Assembly: GCA_050953065.1 (NCBI GenBank)
Contig: JBMNLZ010000003.1
Span: 32,001 to 96,000 of the forward strand
Direction of reading: 5' to 3'
DNA from: Bacilli bacterium
GTDB lineage: Bacteria > Bacillota_I > Bacilli_A > ML615J-28 > CAG-698
DNA: 64,000 nucleotides
This document shows positions 30,391 to 41,448 of the stretch, in pieces (position 1 is the first letter of the stretch; every line of letters begins with the position of its first letter). The notes beneath the pieces are model-generated. The model saw nothing but the letters and a program-made list of their open reading frames with translations, was not told the DNA's origin and did no database searches. The translations under genes were made by a program, and so were the position numbers.

Positions 30391-31509
30391 TTATTTAGAG
30401 CTTTTTTCTTGATATTTTTTATAAATATTATTAACAATTTCTGTCATTTCAGAATATTTTTCTTCTGCTTCTTTAACTAATTTAAATTGTGCCCTAGCCC
30501 TTTCTAAATTATGTTGCGGTCTATTTGGATCAATTGAAAAATAATTATCTCCATCTAAATAATCAGTTAGAAAACGCATCCCACATTCTAAAGTAATTAC
30601 AATAACTGAATTTACCAAATTATCCAATTCTTCTTGTGTTAGTAAATTATGAGTATATTTTAAAAATCCATTCGTAAATTCTTTAAATAAAACTAAATCA
30701 AGTTTTACCTTTTCTAAGTCTACTTCATCTTCTTTAGCAGTTGATGCTCCAATTCTTATTGCATCACCAAAATCATATAAAATTGATCCTGGCATAACAG
30801 TATCTAAATCGATAACACAAATTGCTTTATCAGTTGCTTCATCAAACATAATATTATTTAATTTAGTATCATTATGAGTGACTCTATAAGGAATTATTTT
30901 TTTATCAAGCATATTAGTGATAATAGACATTTTATCTTCTCTATCTAAAACAAAAGAAATTTCATTATAGATATCAAGACCTCTTTTCTTTTTATCAGCT
31001 TTTGATACTTCTAAAAACTTTTGAAATCTAACAGGAGTATTATGAAAATCAGGAATAGTTACACCAAGTTTTCTAATTGGAAAACCTTCAAGTAGTTTTT
31101 GAAAATAACCTACGGCTTTCCCCGCCTCATAAAACATTTGAGGTTTTTCAATATATTCATATGTTTTAGTTCCATTAACAAACCTAAAACATCTCCAATA
31201 CTCATCATCAATTCTAACATAATTCTTACCTTCAAAAGTTGGAATTATTTCTAAAGAAACCCTACTAACATCTAAATTAATTGATAATGCTTTTTCTCTA
31301 ATAAAGTTAGTTACTAAATCTATATTTTTCATAACTACTTTAGGTCTTCTAAAAACTTTAGAATTAATCTCTTGTAAAATATACTTTGCATCTTTATCAT
31401 AATATGTAGTTATTAAATATGTTTTATTTATATGACCACCACCATATTTTGTAACATCTATTATGCTATCACAAAACGGATAATTGCTCAATATCTTTCT
31501 CATTTTCAT
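30391..31509 (-). CDS. APH-fold phosphotransferase, N-acetylhexosamine 1-kinase (NahK)-like
   Basis: GGGHINKTY, TIPDFHNT, HNDTKLNN, IDLDTVMPG, RFLTDYLDGD.YF. Confidence 0.78.
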   Translation of the reverse strand: MKMRKILSNYPFCDSIIDVTKYGGGHINKTYLITTYYDKDAKYILQEINSKVFRRPKVVMKNIDLVTNFIREKALSINLDVSRVSLEIIPTFEGKNYVRIDDEYWRCFRFVNGTKTYEYIEKPQMFYEAGKAVGYFQKLLEGFPIRKLGVTIPDFHNTPVRFQKFLEVSKADKKKRGLDIYNEISFVLDREDKMSIITNMLDKKIIPYRVTHNDTKLNNIMFDEATDKAICVIDLDTVMPGSILYDFGDAIRIGASTAKEDEVDLEKVKLDLVLFKEFTNGFLKYTHNLLTQEELDNLVNSVIVITLECGMRFLTDYLDGDNYFSIDPNRPQHNLERARAQFKLVKEAEEKYSEMTEIVNNIYKKYQEKSSK

Positions 31510-31529
31510 ATAAATGCCTCTTTACTAAT

Positions 31530-31763
31530 TTATTTATTCTTAATTGCTTGCTTAATTATTCTAACATAAAGATAGATACATAAAGCTAATAAAAATACAG
31601 ATATTATTAAACTAACTATAATTAATTCTTTTGTTATAAAATCAGAATTTATATAATTAGCCTCACTAAGTGCTATTATATCATAAACAATCTGAAAAAT
31701 CACTAAAAAAGATAATACTGAAACTAGTGCAATTCTTACATATAAATTTTTAAAAAATTTCAT
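31530..31763 (-). CDS. Small 2-TM membrane protein
   Basis: ATG 31763 with AAGGAG SD; two hydrophobic helices. Confidence 0.6.
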   Translation of the reverse strand: MKFFKNLYVRIALVSVLSFLVIFQIVYDIIALSEANYINSDFITKELIIVSLIISVFLLALCIYLYVRIIKQAIKNK

Positions 31764-31774
31764 TTTTCTTCTCC

Positions 31775-33043
31775 TTAGATATGTTTCCATTTGATTTTTA
31801 TTTTATTTAAATCATTCAAAAAATCAGGATAAGATTTTTTAACACAATTAGCATCTTCTATTATAGCTCCCATTGGTAGAACGGTTGCTAAAACACTTAA
31901 AGCCATAAATATTCTGTGATCGTTATGTGCATCAAAACAATATTCCTCGTTAGCAATCTTTCCTTTAGAAATTATAATTAAATCATCCTTTATTTTAATA
32001 GAGGCACCTATTTTCTCTAAATTTTCAACCATTGCTAAAACTCTATCAGATTCTTTTAATTTTAGTCTGCTAATATCATAAATTTTTGATTCACCTGCTA
32101 TGACTGAAGCTAAAACAAATAAGATGGGCCCCAAATCTGGACAATCTTTAAGACTTATTTCAAATGGTTTTAAATTGCTTTTTTCAATAATATAGCCTGT
32201 GTTGATTTCTTGCACTCTAACATTAGCTTTTTTTAAAATATCAATAATAACCTTATCACCTTGTTTTGAATCATGTCTTAAATTAAAGATTTCTAAATTA
32301 TTATTAATAGCAGCTAAAACTCCAAAAAATGCCATTTGAGAGTAATCGCCCTCAACTGTAAAGTTTGAATTTTTATATCTTTGTTTACCTTTAATTAAAT
32401 ACACATTATTTTTTTCTTCAATAATCTTTATTCCAAAACTATCCAAAACATGAATTGTTAAGTCTACATAAGATTTTGATTCATAACTTCCTGTTATAAT
32501 AATTTTTGAATCCTCTTCTAATAAAGGCAGTGCAAATAACAATCCAGAAATAAACTGACTTGAGATATTCCCCTTTATTTCAAAAACTCCATTTTTTAAG
32601 CCTTTAGAAAAAGACACACTATCAAAATGTCTTTCAAACTTAACATTTTGGCTTTCAAATATTTCTTCATAAATGTTTAAAGGTCTTTCAAACAGTTTTT
32701 TCGTACCTGTAATTTTAGTTTCATCAAAAATAAGCGAACAAATAGGTATTAACATTCTCAAACTAGAACCAGACTCATTAACTGAAAAACTAACAGTTTT
32801 TTCAAAAGTTTTAAAACCATTTGATTTAACTATTATTTTATTATCAAATATCTCAAAACTTGCTTCTAAGTTTTTTAACCCTTCTAGTGTTGCATAAATA
32901 TCTTCGCTTAAAGAAGAAGAATAATAAATACAACTTTCTCCATTTGCTAGAGCAGCACAAATTAAAGCTCTATGAAATAAGCTTTTAGAAGATGGTATCA
33001 TAATACTTCCACTAGGAATAGAAGGGAAAATTTTTACTTTCAT
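31775..33043 (-). CDS. aroA: EPSP synthase
   Basis: PSSKSLFHR, NESGSSLR, SSQFISGLL, KESDR, DHR, KSYP. Confidence 0.95.
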   Translation of the reverse strand: MKVKIFPSIPSGSIMIPSSKSLFHRALICAALANGESCIYYSSSLSEDIYATLEGLKNLEASFEIFDNKIIVKSNGFKTFEKTVSFSVNESGSSLRMLIPICSLIFDETKITGTKKLFERPLNIYEEIFESQNVKFERHFDSVSFSKGLKNGVFEIKGNISSQFISGLLFALPLLEEDSKIIITGSYESKSYVDLTIHVLDSFGIKIIEEKNNVYLIKGKQRYKNSNFTVEGDYSQMAFFGVLAAINNNLEIFNLRHDSKQGDKVIIDILKKANVRVQEINTGYIIEKSNLKPFEISLKDCPDLGPILFVLASVIAGESKIYDISRLKLKESDRVLAMVENLEKIGASIKIKDDLIIISKGKIANEEYCFDAHNDHRIFMALSVLATVLPMGAIIEDANCVKKSYPDFLNDLNKIKIKWKHI

Positions 33044-33061
33044 TTTTTTAAAAAAACTTTC

Positions 33062-34291
33062 TTAAGTAATATTATTTAAAACTGCATCTACAACATCAGA
33101 AAACCCATTATTATTTTTCACAATAAAATCAGCATATTTTTCATAAAGATCTTTTCTTTCGTTATAAATTCTTTTCAAATCTTCTTTTGTTTGAGATAAC
33201 GGTCTTTTATCATCTAAAATTATATTCTCAATATCACGATCTACATAAATTAATAATCCGTTAGCTTTTAATGCATCCATATTTTCTTCTTTCAAAACTG
33301 CTCCGCCACCTGTAGCAATAATGATTCCAGATGAAGTTGATTGTTCTTTAATAATTTTAGTTTCTAAATCTCTAAAATATTTTTCACCTTTTTTATTAAA
33401 GACATCAGTTATAGTTGATGATTCTGCTTCAGTTATTTCAAAATCGATATCTACAATTCTTTTACCTGTTTTTAAAGCAAGTTGATTTGCAAGAGTAGTT
33501 TTTCCACTTCCAGGCATTCCTATTAAAACCAAATTTAAAACATCAAACTTTAGTTTTTTAGTTATTCTTTCAACATCATTTTTATCATAACGTTTATTTA
33601 AAAATAACTCTATTGAAGATAACGCTTGATATACTAACATTGATAAGCCATTTACAGCCTTAATCTTTCTTTTTTTAGCTTCTAACATTAATTGAGTGTT
33701 ATAAGGATTATAAATTACATCTACTACAGTTTTTAATCCTTTTAGTTGATCTAAAGAAATAGCCATTTTCCCAACATTTGGGAACATGCCAACTGGTGTT
33801 GCATTAACTAAAATATCAACTTCTAAATCTTTAATTTCTTCATATAAAAACGCATTTTCTTTTTTCATTCTAGATGCAAAATATACTTTCTTTGCACCTA
33901 AATCATCTAAAACACAAGCAATTGTTTTTGATGTGCCACCAGTTCCTAAAACTAACACTTTCTTATTTTCAACTTCAATTTTCTCATGAATAAGTAAATA
34001 TCTAAATCCTTCATAATCAGTATTATACCCTCTTAGTTGACCATTATCATTAATAACTGTATTAACTGCTTGTATTCTACTAGCCTTATGATCACAAAAC
34101 GACAAATAAGGAATCACCTTTTCCTTATAAGGAATTGTTACATTAATTCCAACAAACTCTTTTCTCTCCATAAAATCTTTGAATTCATAATTATTCAAAG
34201 AAATTAAACTATACTCAAGCCCTAAATAATTATGAATCATTTTAGAGTATGAGTGCGTAAGCTTCTCTCCTATTAATCCTAACTTTATCAT
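33062..34291 (-). CDS. Shikimate dehydrogenase / shikimate kinase fusion (AroE-AroK)
   Basis: HSYS, NVTIPYK, NTD, GTGG in the N-terminal part; LIGMPGSGKTT, GEKYFRDLE, ATGGG, RPL in the C-terminal part. Confidence 0.92.
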   Translation of the reverse strand: MIKLGLIGEKLTHSYSKMIHNYLGLEYSLISLNNYEFKDFMERKEFVGINVTIPYKEKVIPYLSFCDHKASRIQAVNTVINDNGQLRGYNTDYEGFRYLLIHEKIEVENKKVLVLGTGGTSKTIACVLDDLGAKKVYFASRMKKENAFLYEEIKDLEVDILVNATPVGMFPNVGKMAISLDQLKGLKTVVDVIYNPYNTQLMLEAKKRKIKAVNGLSMLVYQALSSIELFLNKRYDKNDVERITKKLKFDVLNLVLIGMPGSGKTTLANQLALKTGKRIVDIDFEITEAESSTITDVFNKKGEKYFRDLETKIIKEQSTSSGIIIATGGGAVLKEENMDALKANGLLIYVDRDIENIILDDKRPLSQTKEDLKRIYNERKDLYEKYADFIVKNNNGFSDVVDAVLNNIT

Positions 34292-34294
34292 ATT

Positions 34295-35374
34295 TTACCC
34301 CCATTTATAACCATATCTAGAAAAATGTAAATCAACCAAACCAATAGCAATCATACTTTCAATTACGACTCTTGCTCTATGTACAATACATGGATCATGC
34401 CTTCCTGAAATAGTTAGCACTTCTTCTTTCATGGTATTTAAATTAATTGTTTTTTGAGGTTTGCTGATTGATGGCGTTGGTTTAACAGCAACCCTTAAAA
34501 CTATTGGCATCCCATTACTAATTCCGCCATTAATTCCACCGTTATTATTGGTTTTTGTTTTAATTTCATTTTCATAGTAGTATTGGTCATTAACCTCACT
34601 TCCGAAAAACTTGGTTATTTCAAAACCTTTACCAAACTCTATACCTTTAATTCCAGGAATAGAAAAAATCAATTTGCTAAGATTTGATTCAATAGAATCA
34701 AAGAACGGTTCTCCAATTCCACCTTCTACCCCTAAAATGCAAGTCTCAATTACACCACCTACTGAATCGCCTTCTTTTTTAGCATTTGAAATTAAATCTA
34801 TCATTTTTCCTTTGACTGAAGCATTTATTACTGGAAAATAGTCCTTATTAAGTTTTAAAATAAGATTTTCATTTAACTCGCTTAAATTATCATCTTCAAT
34901 ATCTTTTATACTCTTAATGTGACTTACAATATCAATAGCTTTTTTCTTTAAAATTTGCTTACAAATACTACCTGCTACAACTAACGCTGCAGTAATTCTA
35001 CCTGAAAAATGTCCTCCTCCACGATAATCTTGAAAACCTTGATACTTTAACTGAGCCGTATAATCAGCATGTGAGGGCCTAATTACAGTAGCATTATAAT
35101 CTTTACTTTTAACATCCATGTTATCAATCGTAATACAAAGTGGAGTACCTGTAGTATAGCCATTAAAAAAACCACTTAAAATATTTAATTCATCCGCCTC
35201 ATTTCTTGAAGTTGAAATTTTATCAATAGACTTTCTTTTTTTTAATTCTTCATAAATCATTTCAAAATCAATTTTGATCCCTGAATTTAATCCATCAATT
35301 ACAACTCCAATAGCTTTCCCGTGAGACTCGCCAAATAATGAGATTTTTAGATTATTCCCGATTATAGAACTCAT
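34295..35374 (-). CDS. aroC: Chorismate synthase
   Basis: FGESHG, RPSHAD, RGGGHFSGR, KPTPSI, GRHDPC. Confidence 0.97.
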   Translation of the reverse strand: MSSIIGNNLKISLFGESHGKAIGVVIDGLNSGIKIDFEMIYEELKKRKSIDKISTSRNEADELNILSGFFNGYTTGTPLCITIDNMDVKSKDYNATVIRPSHADYTAQLKYQGFQDYRGGGHFSGRITAALVVAGSICKQILKKKAIDIVSHIKSIKDIEDDNLSELNENLILKLNKDYFPVINASVKGKMIDLISNAKKEGDSVGGVIETCILGVEGGIGEPFFDSIESNLSKLIFSIPGIKGIEFGKGFEITKFFGSEVNDQYYYENEIKTKTNNNGGINGGISNGMPIVLRVAVKPTPSISKPQKTINLNTMKEEVLTISGRHDPCIVHRARVVIESMIAIGLVDLHFSRYGYKWG

Positions 35375-35377
35375 AAG

Positions 35378-36382
35378 CTATTCCCCCATCAATTTATTTT
35401 TTAATTCCTCTAAAGTTATTTTTTTAATTATATATTTTCCCGGTAAATTAACTTTAACAATATCTATATATCCATTAGAAGTTTTTTTATCATTTAATAC
35501 AAGTTTATAAATTTGTTTTTTATCAAACTCTATATTATAATTTATATTCATCTTTTTTAAGATATTTATAACATTTGATTTTAAAGTAGGACAATCTATC
35601 ATATAAAGCATCCCACAAGCAACTGCCTCACCATGTAATAAACCTTCCATTTTATAATAACTTTCAAATGCATGACCAAAAGTATGACCGAAATTTAAGA
35701 TTTTTCTTAAATTTTCTTCTTTAAAATCTTTTTCAACTACTTTTTTCTTTACCATTAAAGATAAATAAATAATTTTTTCTAAATCATCTAAATAATTATC
35801 TTTTAAAAAGATTTCATATAACTTCTTATCCATAATTAAACCAGATTTTAAAGCTTCAACTAATCCATTATAAAAGTGACGTTTAGGTAGACTTTCTAAA
35901 ACACTTACATCAATTAAAACTTTTTTAGGATTATAAAAAGAACCAACAGCATTTTTTACATCCCCTAAATTAAGAGCAACTTTACCACCAATTGAACTAT
36001 CAACCATTGCAAGAGTTGTTGTTGGAATATTGTAAAAATTTAATCCCCTTTTAAAAGTGCTAGCCACAAAGCCAGTTAAATCTCCAACTACTCCACCGCC
36101 TAGTGCAATAACATGGTCTTTTCTTGAAAATTCATGTTCCAATAAATATTTAAGCATTGTTTCATAGGTACTTAAACTTTTACTAGCCTCTCCTGCTTTA
36201 ACTTCAAACAAATATATATTAACAAACTGTTTTTTTACCTTTTCAACTAACTCTTTTGATAAATTGCTATCATAAGAAAGTAAAACTTTACCATAAAGAG
36301 ATAAATGTTTTCCTAAATTATCTAGCAAATTTTTTTCAATTACTATATTATATTTATTTTCATTCTTTACTTTAATTATCAT
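35378..36382 (-). CDS. aroB: 3-dehydroquinate synthase
   Basis: GGGVVGD, PTTTLAMVDSSIGGK, LNFGHTFGHA, HGEAV. Confidence 0.96.
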   Translation of the reverse strand: MIIKVKNENKYNIVIEKNLLDNLGKHLSLYGKVLLSYDSNLSKELVEKVKKQFVNIYLFEVKAGEASKSLSTYETMLKYLLEHEFSRKDHVIALGGGVVGDLTGFVASTFKRGLNFYNIPTTTLAMVDSSIGGKVALNLGDVKNAVGSFYNPKKVLIDVSVLESLPKRHFYNGLVEALKSGLIMDKKLYEIFLKDNYLDDLEKIIYLSLMVKKKVVEKDFKEENLRKILNFGHTFGHAFESYYKMEGLLHGEAVACGMLYMIDCPTLKSNVINILKKMNINYNIEFDKKQIYKLVLNDKKTSNGYIDIVKVNLPGKYIIKKITLEELKNKLMGE

Positions 36383-36392
36383 AACAATAAGT

Positions 36393-37172
36393 TTATTTCT
36401 TTATTTCTTCAGCTGGGCCTTCCATAAAAACATTGTCTTCTTTATCTGCTGAAAGATAAATTTCTCCTCCTAAAAATTTTACTAACACTTTATCATCTAG
36501 CTTTTTTTTAAGTCTTCCCAAAACAAAAGCACTACTTGCTCCTGTGCCACAAGCTAAAGTCCAACCAACTCCCCTTTCATAAGTTCTTACCTCAATTGTT
36601 TTGGAATCGATTATCTTTACAAAATTAACATTAGTTTTTTCTAAATAAATTTCATGATTACAAATTGCTTCACCAAAAAAATCAATTTCACTAAAATCAT
36701 CTACAAACACCACTGTATGAACAGTATTCATAAATATCGTAGATAGAACGACTTTTCTTTTTTTAATAACCAACTCTTGATCAAGAAAATCCTTTTTATT
36801 TGTATTAACAGATGATGCTTTAGGATCAAAAATAGCTTTTCCCATTTTTACTTTAACTAAAAAAGGATCAAAACTAGCAATTTCTACATCTAAAATACCA
36901 GCTAAAGTTAAAACTTGATATTTTTTATCCTTAATTATCGCCTCATCAAAACAATATCTTGCAAGGCATCTAATTCCATTTCCACACATTGTTCCTCTAG
37001 AACCATCAGCATTATAAAATATCATTTCTAAAGGATTCGTTTTAACTGCAATAAAACCATCAGTTTGATGTTTTTTACACAAACTAATAGCTAGAGAAGT
37101 ATAATCTCTTTCCTCTTCTGTTTTAATTATCGCAAAAGTATTCATACAACCATGATATAATTTTTCTTCCAT
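36393..37172 (-). CDS. dapF: Diaminopimelate epimerase
   Basis: NADGS..MCGNG and ERGVG.TLACGTG catalytic Cys motifs. Confidence 0.88.
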   Translation of the reverse strand: MEEKLYHGCMNTFAIIKTEEERDYTSLAISLCKKHQTDGFIAVKTNPLEMIFYNADGSRGTMCGNGIRCLARYCFDEAIIKDKKYQVLTLAGILDVEIASFDPFLVKVKMGKAIFDPKASSVNTNKKDFLDQELVIKKRKVVLSTIFMNTVHTVVFVDDFSEIDFFGEAICNHEIYLEKTNVNFVKIIDSKTIEVRTYERGVGWTLACGTGASSAFVLGRLKKKLDDKVLVKFLGGEIYLSADKEDNVFMEGPAEEIKK

Positions 37173-37280
37173 ATAATATTCCTTGTTATATTTATTATTA
37201 TATCAAATTTTATTTTTTAAAGCAATTAGCAGAAAACATATTCATTGATTAATTTAAATAAAAAAACTTAAGATTTTTTC

Positions 37281-37670
37281 TTAAGCTTTTTTTGAGGAAT
37301 ATGCAATAACTTCAATTTCAATCAAAGCATCTTTAGGCAATCTACTTACTTCTACACATGACCTTGCGGGCTTATGGTTTTCAAAAAAATCTTGATAAAG
37401 AGTATTAACAAAAGCAAAATTATTTAAATCAGTTAAAAAAATTGTTGTTTTAACTACATCATTAATAGAAAAACAAGCCTCATTTAAAATCTCTTTTATA
37501 TTCTTTAAAACCATTTTAGTCTGAAGAGTTATATCCTTTTCAACTAAAGCATTGCTTTTTGGATCAATTGCAATTTGACCAGAAAGAAATAAAAAACCGT
37601 TTTCTAAATATATACCTTGAGAATAAGGCCCCAATGCATTTGGAGCCTTGTTTGAATTTATTATTTTCAT
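37281..37670 (-). CDS. ridA: RidA family enamine/imine deaminase
   Basis: GPYSQ, SGQI, PARSCVEV..LPK...IEIE. Confidence 0.92.
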   Translation of the reverse strand: MKIINSNKAPNALGPYSQGIYLENGFLFLSGQIAIDPKSNALVEKDITLQTKMVLKNIKEILNEACFSINDVVKTTIFLTDLNNFAFVNTLYQDFFENHKPARSCVEVSRLPKDALIEIEVIAYSSKKA

Positions 37671-39002
37671 TTAGAAATACCTATCAATTTCCCATTGATG
37701 AATTAGTTTTCTATATTCATCCCATTCAAGACGTTTAGCAGCGATGTATTTATTAAAAATATGTTCTCCTAATGTCTCTTTCATTAAAGTGCTTTTTTGT
37801 AGTTCTTTTATAGCATCTTTTAAATTTTCAGGTAAATTCATAATTCCACAAGCTTCACGTTGTTCTCTTGTATATTCAAAAATATTATCATATACTGGTG
37901 GAACTTCTTCTAAATTGTTTTTTATACCATCAAGACCTGCTGCTAAAATAGCCGCAAATGCCAAATATGGGTTAGCACTTGGGTCAACATTTCTTACTTC
38001 TGTTCTAGTACCAAGACCTCTTACAGCAGGAATTCTAACCATTGAACTGCGATTAGCATCTGACCAACAAATATAACAAGGCGCCTCATATCCTAAAACA
38101 AGTCTTTTATATGAATTTACTGTAGGATTAGTAATAGCAGAAAATGCTCTTGCATGTTTTAAGATTCCACTAATCCATTTAATACAAATATCACTTAAAC
38201 CATTTTCTTTTTTCGGATCATAAAAAACATTATTTCCATCTTTATCAGTTAAAGAACAATTAACATGCATTCCATTACCAGCTTTACCTACAACAGGTTT
38301 AGGCATAAATGAAGCATATAAATTATATTTTCTAGCAATTTGCTTTACTACTTGCATAAATGTTTGAACATTATCACAAGTTTTAATAGCTGATTCATAT
38401 TTAAAATTAATTTCATTTTGACCTGGACCTACCTCATGATGAGATGCTTCAACTGAAAAACCTAATTTTTCTAATTCTAATACGATATCATGTCTACATC
38501 TTTCAGAACCATCCAAAGGTGCTAAATCAAAATAACTTCCCTTATCATTAAATACTAAAACAGGATCTCCATTTTCATCTTGCCTAAACAAGTAAAATTC
38601 AGGTTCAACGCCTACTAGAAAGTCTTTAAAGCCCATCTTTTCCATTTCTTTTAAAACTCTTTTTAAATTACTCCTTGGATCACCAGAAAAATACTCACCA
38701 TTAGGTAATTTAACATCACAAATAAAGCGTGCTACTTTTCCATATTCATTACTTTCAAGAGGTAAAATTAACCATGTAGAAAGGTCTGGTTCTAAATACA
38801 TATCAGCTTCTTTAATTCTAATAAATCCTTCAATACTAGAACCATCAAACATTACCTTACCATCTAAAACTCTTTCAAGTTGTGAAATAGGAACTTCAAC
38901 ACTTTTAATTGTACCAAGCATATCAGTAAATTGCATTTTTATATATTTAACATTTTCCTCGATTGCATTGGTTCTAATATAGTCTTTAGTAATTTTTTTC
39001 AT
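37671..39002 (-). CDS. glnA: Glutamine synthetase type I
   Basis: [40 protein letters not shown]. Confidence 0.97.
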   Translation of the reverse strand: MKKITKDYIRTNAIEENVKYIKMQFTDMLGTIKSVEVPISQLERVLDGKVMFDGSSIEGFIRIKEADMYLEPDLSTWLILPLESNEYGKVARFICDVKLPNGEYFSGDPRSNLKRVLKEMEKMGFKDFLVGVEPEFYLFRQDENGDPVLVFNDKGSYFDLAPLDGSERCRHDIVLELEKLGFSVEASHHEVGPGQNEINFKYESAIKTCDNVQTFMQVVKQIARKYNLYASFMPKPVVGKAGNGMHVNCSLTDKDGNNVFYDPKKENGLSDICIKWISGILKHARAFSAITNPTVNSYKRLVLGYEAPCYICWSDANRSSMVRIPAVRGLGTRTEVRNVDPSANPYLAFAAILAAGLDGIKNNLEEVPPVYDNIFEYTREQREACGIMNLPENLKDAIKELQKSTLMKETLGEHIFNKYIAAKRLEWDEYRKLIHQWEIDRYF

Positions 39003-39065
39003 TTTTATCACCCTTTTTATACTTATGCTTATATTATATCTTCTTTAGCAAATTTTTACTAGAGA

Positions 39066-39308
39066 TTATTTTATTTTAATTTTTTGTTTTGTTTTACAAT
39101 TAGGACATTTTCTATTAATTTCATTATTGTTTGGAACAACAAAGATTAATTTAATCCAAAAAATCTTTATTATCTCTTTACAATTTTCACATTCTAAAGT
39201 TTTTTTAGATAATTTATTTGCTCTAACAATTAAGACTGTAAAAAAATAAATTAAACAAATACTGATAATTATTATGGTGTCTAAACCAATTCTAAAATAT
39301 AAAGACAT
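39066..39308 (-). CDS. Small membrane-anchored putative zinc-ribbon protein
   Basis: N-terminal TM, CENC and CPNC motifs, AAGGG SD. Confidence 0.55.
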   Translation of the reverse strand: MSLYFRIGLDTIIIISICLIYFFTVLIVRANKLSKKTLECENCKEIIKIFWIKLIFVVPNNNEINRKCPNCKTKQKIKIK

Positions 39309-39328
39309 TATTTTCCCTTTTTTATTAT

Positions 39329-40000
39329 TTATTTTTTATTTTTATTGCCACCCACAAACTGGTCAAATTTCATAATTTTACTATGTTCACCAATTGCTAC
39401 TATTGTATCATTTGGCATAATGAAATCTGCCCCACGTGGTATAAAAAATTTTTCATTGCGCATAATACCTACTACATTTATATCAAATTTATTTCTTAAG
39501 TCCATTTCAATTAAACTTACCTGTTCAAAATCATCAGCCACTAAAATTTTTACAAGTCCAAAATCCTGCAGTATCTTATAATAATCAACAATACTATCAC
39601 TTACTATCTGATTAGCTAAACTAACCGCCGCAGCTTGAGCAGGTAGGACTACATCAGTTGCTCCAATTTTATACATTACAGGTGTAAAATAATCATCATC
39701 AACTCTTACTGTAATTCTTTCAATGCCCATTTCTTTTAAAATTATAGTTGTAAGAATAGTTGATTGCATATTACCACCAATTGCAATAATTGCATGATCA
39801 ATATTTTTAACACCTAATTCTTTTAGATTTCCTTCCTTAGTAGAATCACAAATAAAACAATGTTCAATAAATTCTCCTGCTTTAATTACCCTAGTCTCAT
39901 CAACATCAATTGCCATCACATCAGCTTTTAAGGCACTCAATGTTTCAACAATTCCCATTCCAAATCTACCTAAACCTACTACTAAAAAACTTTTTTTCAT
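39329..40000 (-). CDS. ktrA: Ktr/Trk potassium uptake RCK subunit
   Basis: VVGLGRFG Rossmann motif, TrkA_N and TrkA_C domains. Confidence 0.88.
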   Translation of the reverse strand: MKKSFLVVGLGRFGMGIVETLSALKADVMAIDVDETRVIKAGEFIEHCFICDSTKEGNLKELGVKNIDHAIIAIGGNMQSTILTTIILKEMGIERITVRVDDDYFTPVMYKIGATDVVLPAQAAAVSLANQIVSDSIVDYYKILQDFGLVKILVADDFEQVSLIEMDLRNKFDINVVGIMRNEKFFIPRGADFIMPNDTIVAIGEHSKIMKFDQFVGGNKNKK

Positions 40001-40007
40001 TTTTCAC

Positions 40008-41327
40008 CTAACCAATTATTATTTTTTCTTCAATATATTTAATATCTTCGTCTAACTCTCTTAGGCGATTTTGATTCCAAATACTAATTACTGTTAAAGG
40101 TCCAAGTCTACCAAAAAGCATCGTTATACAAATTAATACTTTACTTATTACAGACAAACTATTAGTAATCCCCAAACTCAAACCTACGGTACTAAAAGCA
40201 CTAACTACTTCAAAAACAGTTTCACTTACCCCTAAATCTTTTTCAATTAATAAAATTATAAAAGATATAGCCATTATATATAACATTGCAAAAACCACCA
40301 ATGAAAATGCTTTTAAAATTGAATGTTGTGAAATTCGCCTTGAAAATATCTTAGGAGATTTTCCCCTTGCATAACTTATAATTGTAGCAATCAAAACAAA
40401 AAGTGTCGTTGTTTTAATCCCACCACCAGTTGAGGTTGGAGATGCTCCAATAAACATCAAAAAGATTAAAATAACATATGCAGGAGCACTTATTTTAGAA
40501 ATATCAATTATAAAAAAACCTGCACTTCTTGCATTAACACTTTGAAATAAAGCTTCTAACCAAGTTATATCTTTATACATTGAGACTTTAAATAAAATCA
40601 TTCCAAATAAAATCAAACTAAAAGACATAATCAAAACTATTTTAGTGTGCCTAGGTAGCTTTTTAAAATCTTTTTTTCTAATTGCATCTAAAATATCATG
40701 AATTACAATAAAACCAATACCACCTAAAATTACCAATAACATTGTATTTATATTAAGTAAAATATTAGCACCATAATTAATCATACTATTATCAAAACCA
40801 AAGATATCAAACCCAGCATTATTAAAAGATGATATTGAATGAAAGGCACTTAAACCTAAAGCTTTAAAAAATGAATTATCATTTATAAAAACTATTAAAT
40901 TAATTAACATTCCAAAAAACTGGATTGTTAGGGTTGTTATAATAATGACTTTGATTAATCTAATAACTCCTTTAGCTGTATTTTGATTTAATGCTTCTTT
41001 CATCAAAAATCTTTCAGCCATTCCAATTTTTAGTCCAAGTAATATAAACATAAAAACAGCTAGTGTTAGAAAGCCAAGCCCACCTATTTCAATTAAAACA
41101 GCCAAAACTATTTTTCCAAACAAAGATAAAGTAGCACCTAAATTAGGAACAAATGGCAACCCCGTCACACAAATAGCTGAAGTTGCTGTAAAAATTGAGT
41201 TAAAAACTCCTAAACCTTTGTTATCAACAGTTGAAATGGGTAACAAAAATAGACAAGCACCTATTAATATAATAAATAAATAACTTAACAAAATTATTAA
41301 ATATGGAGATGTTTTACGTTTTGTCAT
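40008..41327 (-). CDS. ktrB: Ktr/Trk potassium uptake membrane subunit
   Basis: SAICVTG, SFNNAGF, RSAGF, IGASP.STGGGIK, SAFSTVGLS, GRLG. Confidence 0.9.
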   Translation of the reverse strand: MTKRKTSPYLIILLSYLFIILIGACLFLLPISTVDNKGLGVFNSIFTATSAICVTGLPFVPNLGATLSLFGKIVLAVLIEIGGLGFLTLAVFMFILLGLKIGMAERFLMKEALNQNTAKGVIRLIKVIIITTLTIQFFGMLINLIVFINDNSFFKALGLSAFHSISSFNNAGFDIFGFDNSMINYGANILLNINTMLLVILGGIGFIVIHDILDAIRKKDFKKLPRHTKIVLIMSFSLILFGMILFKVSMYKDITWLEALFQSVNARSAGFFIIDISKISAPAYVILIFLMFIGASPTSTGGGIKTTTLFVLIATIISYARGKSPKIFSRRISQHSILKAFSLVVFAMLYIMAISFIILLIEKDLGVSETVFEVVSAFSTVGLSLGITNSLSVISKVLICITMLFGRLGPLTVISIWNQNRLRELDEDIKYIEEKIIIG

Positions 41328-41448
41328 ATAAATTTCTCTTTATTTTTTAGATTTCTCTACTTAATTTTTTAACATTATAACATAAAAAGCATTAATTGTC
41401 TATACAGCACAATCAACAAAACTCATCATAAAAACAATAAAAATTTTT

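Noticed and set aside
30391-31509. Aminoglycoside resistance gene
   Set aside because: Length and motifs (HNDTKLNN, IDLDTVMPG) fit the NahK-like sugar kinase branch of the APH fold
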